The notes: a model not told the origin generated them from the sequence alone. Shown: positions 9,301 to 16,954, numbered from the stretch's first letter. The stretch: DNA of 32,000 nucleotides from Candidatus Methanoperedens sp. (GCA_027460535.1 JAPZAR010000018.1:1-32000); one strand, 5' to 3'. A program made the numbers and translations.

Positions 9301-9648
9301 ATCGAAATCATCGATTACAAGACAGGGAAATCTGAACCTGGACCTGCTGAGCGCTCCCGACAGCTTTTGCTGTATGCCCGGGGTATAGAGCATGTTTATC
9401 CAAAATACAGGGTGAAAAGACTCACTCTGGAACAGCTCGGTCTTCCCAATCCCAGGACTTTTGAACTAAAGGATGGGAAGTTTGAGAGCGCGGGCAGTTC
9501 ACGGATGGAAGGGCTTGATGGGAATGCTATTATTGATATGATTGAGATCGCAAAGTCGATAGCACATGATTATGAACATGGGTTTGAGAGGACGAAGGAT
9601 GAGAAAGCTTGTGAAGAGTGCGGATTTAGGTTGTATTGTGGAGATTGA
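6385..9648 (+). CDS. UvrD/PcrA-type SF1 helicase fused to a C-terminal 4-Cys PD-(D/E)XK (Cas4/AddB-like) nuclease
   Basis: 1087-aa ORF with a TTG start and GGTGA upstream. Helicase motifs: LAGAGTGKTTT, IIIDEFQDTN, VVADPNQAIYAFRGA, SFRSTNKIL, MTVHAAKGLEFSVVFL, RRLAYVALTRAKEHLFL. Nuclease motifs: YERCPRQYEL, GNFVHKVLE, GFIDRVDL..IEIIDYKTGK, RQLLLYA, CEECGFRLYC. Confidence 0.93.
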   Translation: MLNSLLSSLKPRQLEAIKHTQGPQLILAGAGTGKTTTITAKIANMVEKEGIDPSQILALTFSKEAARNMREKVEKLLQGKEVIVKTFHSFCAELIRDNADRCKVPGDFKIFEEIDSAIFIFRELGTDARTASLYANTIGKSKDLNISMDKFKEFLEKLKKQVQDIEKDESKWKELYRQSKFKLNTFHLQEYKDKEDKKAKQAEKKRYSEFIDLYEEYQKYSNFISAWEKYEEKKSAIGALDYGDLNKIALWYLDVYGTQELNDTFRYIIIDEFQDTNYVQFELIKKLTAADNNITVVADPNQAIYAFRGAYTNNIDEFKKQFTLSDKDIVSLDVSFRSTNKILRVAHTLIEKNYREEKKKDCQLLKNHKDIEGENVRIIETEDDNEEARAIVEKIEFFLAQGIPPKEIAVLYRTHAQGRKVRQALENRGLPFRVKDDTDFLKQPEIKTALAYLYVINNISHPAARGTEAWWRIFHYNNALSQEDSIRIGEYLKKKWVSFQEAIYHHIGELGLSKSGLETISNVKKRIDSLCGKKNLDVSDLILEVYDLSGLSRQFAHTDTKRSREALLNLRQLHELASNFEEFHGKDLSLFIDYLEILDEMDGNPPPARIADEDAINLMTVHAAKGLEFSVVFLTNLAKDKFPLYRGGAEPLVPPELMDQYRDIFEDKSIKDIEKAVRERKREIKKEEERRLAYVALTRAKEHLFLTLATRYTEDEREPSEFLTDIGYNNWRAGGNIKVGDLNYFRDTDTKVREMIKDSALEREKAMRKRLLIESLDSGDFNEIMKNALLYQALKVEGTPDFKELIDSSWPKIDPTDDADRILAKIKEKKNGLKFNPASMTFSYSSISTYERCPRQYELAELLRMPARDSEDSTGAMRRGNFVHKVLEIAVSEKIATKERLYEIRDTVAKEPDFRGVDIETATAALDVFWERNKNRMANNLMVEQRFAVQLGGFTFKGFIDRVDLIPGTKDEIEIIDYKTGKSEPGPAERSRQLLLYARGIEHVYPKYRVKRLTLEQLGLPNPRTFELKDGKFESAGSSRMEGLDGNAIIDMIEIAKSIAHDYEHGFERTKDEKACEECGFRLYCGD

Positions 9649-9733
9649 AAATAAAAATTTATCAAAAGAACCTATCAATCTATATATAAAGAAATCATAG
9701 ATATATTCCTAAAAATATGATGCTGTGAACAGT

Positions 9734-9838
9734 ATGGAAGAAATAATCGTAGATGACACTTATAAAATCCATTTCTCAAAAAAATTAGTAGATCGGCTCA
9801 ATATTAAGCCCAGAGATAGGTTATACGATAACGTATAA
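9734..9838 (+). pseudogene. Possible truncated AbrB/SpoVT-type antitoxin fragment
   Basis: The 34-aa ORF MEEIIVDDTYKIHFSKKLVDRLNIKPRDRLYDNV resembles the 'xIxIPKxIRexLgIKpGDxL' half of a swapped-hairpin domain. It is too short to be complete. Confidence 0.25.
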
Positions 9839-9869
9839 CTTATATGTGTGTAAATGCATTGTTATTCTT

Positions 9870-10076
9870 ATGTGCCATGCTGCCGTAGAGGTTAAAAAAT
9901 GGGGTAATTCCCTCGGAATAATCATCCCAAAAGACAAAATCACTGAACTGGGATTATCTGAAAAGGATATTATCGATATAGATATTTTAAGAAAAGAAAA
10001 AGTAAGCGGATTTGGTATAGCGAAGGGGAAAAAGCCGTTTGAAAGGGAAGAAACCGAACATGAAGACCTCTGGTGA
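9870..10076 (+). CDS. vapB: AbrB/MazE/SpoVT-family antitoxin (VapB-like)
   Basis: VEVKKWGNSLGIIIPKDKITELGLSEKDIIDIDI is a typical MazE/AbrB motif. The ORF opens at GTG 9846, but ATG 9870 is the more plausible start. The stop lies 1 nt before the vapC ATG. Confidence 0.8.
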   Translation: MCHAAVEVKKWGNSLGIIIPKDKITELGLSEKDIIDIDILRKEKVSGFGIAKGKKPFEREETEHEDLW

Positions 10077-10077
10077 T

Positions 10078-10464
10078 ATGGTGTACCTGATAGATACCTA
10101 TGCCTGGATTGAATATTTCACAGGTTCAAAAAACGGGGAGAAAGTTAAAAAAATAATAGAAGATGAGAACAATATCATCATCACTCCTGAATGCTGCCTC
10201 GCGGAGATAAAAGGTTGGGCTATCAGGGAAAACATGGATTTTGAGGAGCTATATACAATCATAAGGAAAGTTTCCAATATCCAGTGTATCTTGACTCAGG
10301 ATTGGCTGGAAGCTGCAGCCATTCGAAGTGAGCTTCGAAAAACCAGAAAAGGCTTTGGTATGATAGATGCTCTTATCATCGCTCAGCAGAAAAGATTGGG
10401 CCACAAAGTAGTCAGCGGCGATCCTCATTTTGAACATTTAAAAGATGTGATCTATATAAAATAG
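10078..10464 (+). CDS. vapC: PIN-domain toxin (VapC)
   Basis: The N-terminus MVYLIDTYAWIEYF carries the first PIN acidic residue. ITPECCLAEI, GMIDALIIAQQ and SGDPHF fit a PIN fold. The ATG at 10078 follows the vapB stop directly. Confidence 0.85.
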   Translation: MVYLIDTYAWIEYFTGSKNGEKVKKIIEDENNIIITPECCLAEIKGWAIRENMDFEELYTIIRKVSNIQCILTQDWLEAAAIRSELRKTRKGFGMIDALIIAQQKRLGHKVVSGDPHFEHLKDVIYIK

Positions 10465-10535
10465 ATAAATGTGCCTTTTAATATGCTGACATATTCTTTA
10501 AGCTGTTCAAGTTTGGATGCAATCTCATCATTCAC
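10452..10535 (-). pseudogene. 27-codon stump of a HEPN (DUF86-like) toxin partner of the MNT gene
   Basis: The GTG start overlaps the MNT stop in a GTGA overlap, as in intact MNT-HEPN pairs. VNDEIASKLEQLKEYVSILK resembles DUF86 N-termini. The ORF ends after 27 aa, running 13 nt into the 3' end of vapC. No Rx4-6H motif region is present. Confidence 0.4.
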
Positions 10536-11002
10536 GTGAAACCAACCTCGGCAATCCTTTTCAGGGTTTCTTCCGTATGCCTATTTATGTAATATTTTTG
10601 ATCCATATACATAGAAAGGATTTTTGTTTCAAACTTTACTCTATCTATCTCATTGGATTTTAAAATAATTCCATCTTTTATAATATTATGTGCCAAAAGC
10701 AGAGGCGCATCGTTTAAAACAACCAGATCTATTTTATTTTTCTTAATTAAAACCGCTATTTCACTAATTAATTTTAATTCCAGATCGAAGCGGTCTTTTT
10801 TAGACAATTTTTCATCCAGCAGGACTCCAATATCAACATCGCTCAATCTACCTGTATCGCCCCTGACCGTTGACCCAAAAAGATAAGCAAGTTTTATGCT
10901 ATCTTTGCTGCTGAAATATTCTGTTAGTTCTTTTTCATATTGTATCATGAATACTCTATAATTTGTTTTTGCTAATATATGTTCTTCGCTCATGTGCAGC
11001 AT
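10532..11002 (-). CDS. Nucleotidyltransferase-domain protein (MNT-type antitoxin)
   Basis: 156-aa ORF. LAYLFGSTVRGDTGRLSDVDIGVLLD is the GS..(D/E)xD minimal nucleotidyltransferase signature. Confidence 0.85.
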   Translation of the reverse strand: MLHMSEEHILAKTNYRVFMIQYEKELTEYFSSKDSIKLAYLFGSTVRGDTGRLSDVDIGVLLDEKLSKKDRFDLELKLISEIAVLIKKNKIDLVVLNDAPLLLAHNIIKDGIILKSNEIDRVKFETKILSMYMDQKYYINRHTEETLKRIAEVGFT

Positions 11003-11052
11003 CTTCAGGCGGGAGTATAACAGGCGCAGGTATCGGTGGGGTTTGTATTGGG

Positions 11053-11178
11053 TTATAACTATTTAAATCACGGCGCCGATACGTTCCCGAAGCATCCTCA
11101 TTCCTCAAAACCAAAGCCTGCCAGGTCACACATATAATACAAACCGCAGATGAACGCAGATGAACGCAGATTTGTTAC
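11053..11178 (+). repeat. Interspersed repeat family, copy 6 (long form ending in a 3x GAACGCAGAT-type tandem)
   Basis: TTATAACTATTTAAATCACGGCGCCGATACGTTCCCGAAGCA...AAAGCCTG...AAACCGCAGATGAACGCAGATGAACGCAGATTTGTTACC is collinear with copy 1 (186-297). Confidence 0.8.
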
Positions 11179-11420
11179 CAGGGAATCGCATATCTCTACC
11201 ATTATTTTACCTATGTTTCAATATCAATCAAAATACCGCGCCGCCGTCCTCCTCTTCTTTCCCGCAGGTGTGACAGCAAGAAGGGGAGGATGTACTTGCG
11301 AGCAAGATTGTTTGGGTTGATGAAATAGTGCTTGATTATTTCTTTTTCGATTAACTATTTTCTGTTCATCTTCCATTCGGGCAGCGATTTGCATTTGACC
11401 GCTGTTGACATCCTAAATAT

Positions 11421-12950
11421 TTAATTGTTTGAAATAACTTTTATTATATTTGTAGGGCTTTCAGAAATCTTCCAATTGTCACCGTTTGCAAGAATATATG
11501 TATGGTCTGATACTTTTTCTAATCCCCCAGCAGTATTATTACCTATTATTATCGTGAATATTCTCGCATCATTTTCATTCTTTAATTGATTCCACTTTTG
11601 GATAAGCATTTCTTCGCTTATTTGAGAAAGCCCATCTGTAATAAATAATAAGTCAGCACTTTTCCATTTCTTTTCTTCTGTAACGTTGATTCCAGAAGCG
11701 AGTGCTGTGTTGAAGTCTGTTCCACCCCCAAAACTCATACTCATAAAATTGAGGAATTCCGATGCCATTTTTGTCTTGTTTGTTAATTCTATTTCATGGG
11801 TTTGGTTTGTTGATGAGAATAAGATTACCTTTACATCACGATCTTTTTTAAGCATTATTCTCACAATTGAAAGCATAAGAGCTTTCGCTAATATTTCTGG
11901 CTCTCCGTGCATCGAGCCAGAAGTATCCACTAAAGCTACAACAGGTCCACGTTTCCTTTTCTTAGGGGGACCACCAGCCCAGTATTTTCCCCTTAACTGA
12001 TATGTTAAGAGTTTTCCTTCACTATAATTAGCGAAAAATACGTTTTTCAGAATATTATCCTTAAGTTTGACCAACTCTATTGGGAGTATGTGTTGAATGT
12101 CTTTTGATATTCCAACGGAGAATACTTCTGAAGATCCAAAGTTAGTTATTGTAAGCCTCTTTGAACCGTATTCTAGTTCGATTCTGCCCAATAGTTCTAT
12201 CATTTTCTTTATTTCTCTGCTGTGTTCTAATATGCGCGAATATTGTGTAATATGTTCTAAGTATTCTCTATGTAGATCAACTAGCGAATAATCCCAAAGC
12301 CGTCCGGGGAACAGAAGATAAAGTAGTTCTATGGTTTCAAGCTCTTCTCTAATTTTTTCTATTTCCTGTGATATTTGATTAATAAATCCGATTTGAACTA
12401 TCTCGTTTAACATTTCTCCAGATTTTTCTTTTGCATGGAAGTCGTTGAAGTATGAGGATAGGATTTCTCCTTCTGGTGGTATGCCCTCTGTTCTTCTTCC
12501 CCAAAGTTTCAATGTTTCTTCTACAATTTTGCTGAATTCCTCAAGTAGTTTTTTTAAAACATTATCCGTTTTGTCTTCCATTTCCTTTTGATATTTTATG
12601 AAGTTCTCCATAAGGTCGAATATTTGGTTAAGAACTGCTTTTGCTGCCAGAATAGCGGTGATTTTGTTTTGACCAGCCAATTCCTTTATCTCTGTCCACA
12701 GGAGAGAATTTTTTATCGTTGATAGAATTGAATAAAAAGCACCGTATCTCTCAACGAATTTCGGAAGATCTTTAATTTCGATTGGAGCAGCATTTATCAA
12801 TTCTCTGATTACAATTTCAGATATTTCCTCCCTCATTCTCCGTGGGATTTCTCTTGGCGTGGCGATAAATGTGTGCATTTCTTCTTCTGCCAGTAGAGAA
12901 CGAACTGACCATTCGGGTGTATCGATTTCATCCGTGGTTTCTTCAGGCAA
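11421..12950 (-). CDS. viaA: ViaA-like von Willebrand factor A (VWA) protein
   Basis: 509-aa ORF. The TTG start has AGGAGTGG 7 nt upstream, 18 nt after the ravA-like stop. ViaA-like blocks are GRLWDYS, ILPIELVKL and LLTYQLRG. The MIDAS site is intact: VALVDTSGSM, FGGGTDF, LLFITDG. Confidence 0.9.
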   Translation of the reverse strand: MPEETTDEIDTPEWSVRSLLAEEEMHTFIATPREIPRRMREEISEIVIRELINAAPIEIKDLPKFVERYGAFYSILSTIKNSLLWTEIKELAGQNKITAILAAKAVLNQIFDLMENFIKYQKEMEDKTDNVLKKLLEEFSKIVEETLKLWGRRTEGIPPEGEILSSYFNDFHAKEKSGEMLNEIVQIGFINQISQEIEKIREELETIELLYLLFPGRLWDYSLVDLHREYLEHITQYSRILEHSREIKKMIELLGRIELEYGSKRLTITNFGSSEVFSVGISKDIQHILPIELVKLKDNILKNVFFANYSEGKLLTYQLRGKYWAGGPPKKRKRGPVVALVDTSGSMHGEPEILAKALMLSIVRIMLKKDRDVKVILFSSTNQTHEIELTNKTKMASEFLNFMSMSFGGGTDFNTALASGINVTEEKKWKSADLLFITDGLSQISEEMLIQKWNQLKNENDARIFTIIIGNNTAGGLEKVSDHTYILANGDNWKISESPTNIIKVISNN

Positions 12951-12968
12951 TGTTAACCACTCCTAACA

Positions 12969-14420
12969 TCAGAACCCGGAATTTCTGTGCACTGGCTTTA
13001 TAATAGGAATTTCGATTTTTACTTCATTTACGGTGATACCATTTTCTATTCTTTTTAACGTCTCCTCTACTTTGTGCACCGTTTTTATTTTATCATCGTA
13101 ATTCATCATAATGTCATGTCTATCCTTATGACTTAGCCATATGTTTGTTTCCATTAGCTGTTTCAAGCGTTCTCTTTCGCTGAATATTTTTTCTTTGACT
13201 GTTTCAAATTGCTCTTTTATTTCATTCATTTCTTTTTTATAACGTTTTAGTTGTGGTTCTGGTATTGTGGAGCCGAAATTCCAGGAGTGGTTTTCTTTTA
13301 ATTCTTTTATCAAGTCATTAAAATAAAATCTACGTATATTGTATTCATGTTTATTTTTGTCGGAGTATGGATTATTATATGTTTCATCAGGGTTTTTTGA
13401 TACGTATTCTTCAAGTTCTCTCCAACTGTTGAATTCTTTCTTCTCGTCCTGGGTCTCAATTGTTTTTGGGAATGTGTAATCTCTTGATTTTTCAGTTAGT
13501 GATTTGAGTTCCTCAGCGTCCTTCATTAATTTATCAAGGCTTACCCCCCCAGATATTGTTAAATCGATTAATAAATGCCTTATTGCATCTTTTTGTTCAG
13601 GTTTATCCCACGTCATATGCTGGAGTAATGGAACCATGGTTCTGTCTACAGATTCTCTTCCAATACTAACAGAAGCGATTTTTAATGCTTTCAGCATTTT
13701 TTTCCATCTTCTATCGGAAATATGGTGATTCATGGATCGAAGATTTTTCCTCAGCGCTAAAAGTGCATCAAGAACATCTTCTTCTATTTTAGCCTCATTT
13801 GCCTTTGTTTGAATCTCGTTGATAAATCGGATAGTTATTTTGCTCTGAATGTTCATCTTTTCAGTGTCACCAAGCAATAAATCTCTGAAATTAGTTTCAT
13901 CCTGAATGTATCCCATAGAATATCGAAATAGGAATCTGTCATATAATGCCTCTAAACTCTCATCCTCTTCAGGAAGTTCGTTGGACGCTGCAAAAACCGT
14001 CAGAAGAGGCGTGTCAATAAGTTCTCTTCCATTATGGAATTTTCTCTCGTTTAATAGTGTTAGCAGACTGTTAAGAATGGAGCTATTTGCTTTGAATATC
14101 TCATCTAAGAAGCATATATGGCTGGTTGGAATGTATCCCTCTATTTTCCTTTTGAATTCATCTTCTTGAAGGGACTTGATAGATAACGGTCCAAAAATCT
14201 CATCTGGGGTTGTAAATCTTGTCAAGAGATAGTAAAAGAAATTTCCCCCATCAATGGATTCGCATAACTTGAGTGCTAAGAGACTTTTTGCTGTTCCAGG
14301 AGGTCCCAGGAACAGTATATTTTCTCCAGATAAAATGCTCAATAATGCTCCAGCGATTTCTTCATCCCTCTCTTTGAAATTTTTCTCAAGGTTCAATTTT
14401 ATTTCTCTTAGATTTTGCAT
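12969..14420 (-). CDS. ravA: RavA-like MoxR-family AAA+ ATPase
   Basis: 483-aa ORF that is collinear with E. coli RavA through the AAA+ core. Shared blocks: ILFLGPPGTAKS (Walker A), YLLTRFTTPDEIFGPLSI, CFLDEIFKA (Walker B), VFAASNELPEEDESLEALYDRFLFR, ISDRRWKK. The C-terminal half is divergent. Confidence 0.92.
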   Translation of the reverse strand: MQNLREIKLNLEKNFKERDEEIAGALLSILSGENILFLGPPGTAKSLLALKLCESIDGGNFFYYLLTRFTTPDEIFGPLSIKSLQEDEFKRKIEGYIPTSHICFLDEIFKANSSILNSLLTLLNERKFHNGRELIDTPLLTVFAASNELPEEDESLEALYDRFLFRYSMGYIQDETNFRDLLLGDTEKMNIQSKITIRFINEIQTKANEAKIEEDVLDALLALRKNLRSMNHHISDRRWKKMLKALKIASVSIGRESVDRTMVPLLQHMTWDKPEQKDAIRHLLIDLTISGGVSLDKLMKDAEELKSLTEKSRDYTFPKTIETQDEKKEFNSWRELEEYVSKNPDETYNNPYSDKNKHEYNIRRFYFNDLIKELKENHSWNFGSTIPEPQLKRYKKEMNEIKEQFETVKEKIFSERERLKQLMETNIWLSHKDRHDIMMNYDDKIKTVHKVEETLKRIENGITVNEVKIEIPIIKPVHRNSGF

Positions 14421-14491
14421 TTTTACTTCTCCATTCGGACATATTTCTGATAGCTAATAAAATGTAATTCTGAGTCAATTTCGGAAAACAT

Positions 14492-16954
14492 TTATCCCCA
14501 TACCTCAGCAATCTTCGCCTTTATCTTCCCCTCGAAAAGCTCGATCAGTTTCTTATTCGCATCGACCAATTTCTGCTCCTCTTCAATTCGGGCAACGATT
14601 TCCTTTTGTATTTCTATTGCAGGAATACTTATTTTTATAGAGGTTATCATATTTTTCGTTAAATATCTAGTTAACCCGCCTATTGATTGTTGCTTTAGAG
14701 ATAATAGACTATTTTGCAAATAATAATTTAATAAAGGATAGGTTAACTTAGTCTTAAATTTGTCTTTAATAGTTATTATATAAGTTCTCTGATACGCATT
14801 AAATTTACCTTTACAATATTTAACATCAAAATCCCCAGACGCATTATTCCCACTTAATAAAAGGGCTTCACAATCAAATGCATAACTGTTTATCCTGAAT
14901 ATTTCTGTTTTTGAGCATGTAAAAAAAGGATATATTCCATCTCTTTCTGCTGCATTAGCATCAAGTTTCCCAGTTTCTATTTCACAAGCATCCCCTAAAT
15001 CCACCACCTCCCATCCCTCATCCACCTTAATCCTCGGCTTATAGTTCTCCACCACCTGCCGCGCCCCATCTATTATCTTCTGGTAGCCCTCGATCTCAGC
15101 CACAATCTCCTGCTGGACTGACAGGGGCGGGAGGGGGATTTTAATTTGTTTGAGTTCTTTTACAGAGACAACATTTTGAATAGCTGCACCAGAAGTATTT
15201 CTAAAATACTTTTGTTGAATATTTTCTTCTTCAAGAATTAATTTTAAATAGATAGGCAAAATTTTTTCAAATTGAGGTGTGATTTTTAAAAGTGCTTGAT
15301 TAATAATACCCTTTTTTGCACTTTCAGGAACAATCGCAACTTTCCCCATAGTCCCTGAACAACTAATTATAATGTCGTTTGGCTTTATTGCAAAGCCGAT
15401 CATTTCATTGTATTTGGCTTCATCAATATAATAATCTCCAATTTCAAAATTATTATTTATTGCGTGTTTTTGTTCATAAACTTTATAACCGTCCTTTACA
15501 AAAATTTCTTTCTTAAGAGAACCGCCAAAAGGACCTCTTTTAAAGAATGTCACCTCCCCCAATTCCACCATCGGCCAATCTTTATGCGAATGAACCACAG
15601 TATCCCTGTACCTATCTCCCGATAAGTAATAATCCCCAATTCCAGCGATTTTTGTCTTTAAAACCCTGTGAGCTAATTTGCTTTCATCCTCACTAAACTC
15701 ACATTCCTTCCCTTCTTGCAAACTCTTCTTATATCTTAAAATCACATCAAGCGCTCTTGGAAAATCATTCTTATCAATCGCTCTTCTCTGCGCGCCAAGG
15801 TCAAATCCCTCATTTTCAATTTTCACAAAAAGAACGTCCTGCGCCCTTTTAGCCAGGCTTTTATCCATCAGCAAAATACTTGTCTTAACCCCTGAATACG
15901 GCTGGAAAACTCCTTGTGGTAAAGATACAACCGCGAAAAGATAACCGCTTTCCACAAGCAGTTTGCGAAGCGCTTTATATGCATTCGCAGACTGGAAAAT
16001 GATTCCCTCAGGCACGATAACTCCCGCCCTTCCGTTTATGGTAAGATGTTCCATGATATAATCCACGAACAGGACTTCCGAACGGTTCGCCTGGACTGAG
16101 AAGCGTTTATGCGGACGGATTCCGCCCTTCGGCGTCATAAAAGGCGGATTTGCCAGAATCACGTCATAGGTCTCGTTCCATTTCTCCTCGCTCGTGAGCG
16201 TATCGTATTCGTAAATTTTCGGGGTCTGGAAACCGTGCAGATACATATTCACAAGCGAAAGCCTCACCATATCAGGAGAAATGTCATAACCTACAAGGCT
16301 GTTCATCAATCTTTTGCGCTCATCCATGGTCAAACAATCCCCTTTTCTCTCCTTCGTATTCTGCTTGAGGATGTGCTTGTATGAGGAAATCAAGAATCCG
16401 GCTGTAGCACAGGCCGGGTCAAGGATTGTCTCATTTTTCTTCGGGTCAACCACTTCGACTATGAAATCAATAATATGCCGTGGTGTCCTGAACTGTCCCG
16501 CATCACCCTGCGAGCCAAGCACTGACAGGAGATATTCAAAAGCATCCCCCAGTTTCTCGCTATGGTCATATTTGAACTCGTTTATTTCTTTTAAAAAGCT
16601 TTTCAACGTTTCTGGATCGCGGTATGGAAGGAAGGCATTCTTGAAAATATCTCTGAAAAGCTGCGGGATATTCTCGTTATGGTTCATTTTGGCGATGGCT
16701 TCGCTGTATAGTGCTATGAGTTCAAATCCTCCCAGACGCGGGTCAAAAATGCGCGACCATGTGAATTTCTCGAATTCTCCGGTGAAGAATGCTGCTTTAC
16801 CTCCGAGCTCCTGCGATTCTTTATCCATGTCGTCCATGAACTTGTAGATGAGCGCGATTGTTATTTGCTCGACCTGTGATTTCGGGTCTGGCACTTTTCC
16901 TACAAGGATATCGCGGGCGTTATCGATTTTTCTTTTTGTTTCCTGATCTAACAT
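14492..16954 (-). CDS. hsdM: Type I R-M methyltransferase fused to the specificity subunit (HsdM-HsdS fusion)
   Basis: 820-aa uninterrupted ORF. HsdM part: N-terminal KSQVEQITIALIYKFMDD, FRTPRHIIDFIVEVV, ILDPACATAGFL, ILANPPF, C-terminal tail GDYYLSGDRY. The HsdS part follows directly. It has two target-recognition domains (from WPMVELGEV and WEVVDLGDA) separated by the conserved helices LPPLSVQQEIVAEIEGYQKII and IPAIEIQKEIVARIEEEQKLV. Confidence 0.9.
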   Translation of the reverse strand: MLDQETKRKIDNARDILVGKVPDPKSQVEQITIALIYKFMDDMDKESQELGGKAAFFTGEFEKFTWSRIFDPRLGGFELIALYSEAIAKMNHNENIPQLFRDIFKNAFLPYRDPETLKSFLKEINEFKYDHSEKLGDAFEYLLSVLGSQGDAGQFRTPRHIIDFIVEVVDPKKNETILDPACATAGFLISSYKHILKQNTKERKGDCLTMDERKRLMNSLVGYDISPDMVRLSLVNMYLHGFQTPKIYEYDTLTSEEKWNETYDVILANPPFMTPKGGIRPHKRFSVQANRSEVLFVDYIMEHLTINGRAGVIVPEGIIFQSANAYKALRKLLVESGYLFAVVSLPQGVFQPYSGVKTSILLMDKSLAKRAQDVLFVKIENEGFDLGAQRRAIDKNDFPRALDVILRYKKSLQEGKECEFSEDESKLAHRVLKTKIAGIGDYYLSGDRYRDTVVHSHKDWPMVELGEVTFFKRGPFGGSLKKEIFVKDGYKVYEQKHAINNNFEIGDYYIDEAKYNEMIGFAIKPNDIIISCSGTMGKVAIVPESAKKGIINQALLKITPQFEKILPIYLKLILEEENIQQKYFRNTSGAAIQNVVSVKELKQIKIPLPPLSVQQEIVAEIEGYQKIIDGARQVVENYKPRIKVDEGWEVVDLGDACEIETGKLDANAAERDGIYPFFTCSKTEIFRINSYAFDCEALLLSGNNASGDFDVKYCKGKFNAYQRTYIITIKDKFKTKLTYPLLNYYLQNSLLSLKQQSIGGLTRYLTKNMITSIKISIPAIEIQKEIVARIEEEQKLVDANKKLIELFEGKIKAKIAEVWG

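Noticed and set aside
4212-11178. Integron-like gene cassette array
   Set aside because: No integrase gene is in the window and the repeats occur in both orientations. The cassette-like bracketing is reported as an observation only.
11247-11290. 13-bp imperfect inverted repeat (TCCTCCTCTTCTT / AAGAAGGGGAGGA) as the terminator of viaA
   Set aside because: It lies 130-170 nt beyond the stop codon with no adjacent oligo-T run on the minus strand. It is noted as a hairpin only, with no functional call.
14492-16954. Reading the 820-aa methylase as a Type IIG / Type ISP single-chain restriction enzyme
   Set aside because: It has no nuclease or helicase domain. A separate canonical HsdR gene sits immediately upstream, and the C-terminal half has the two-TRD HsdS layout.
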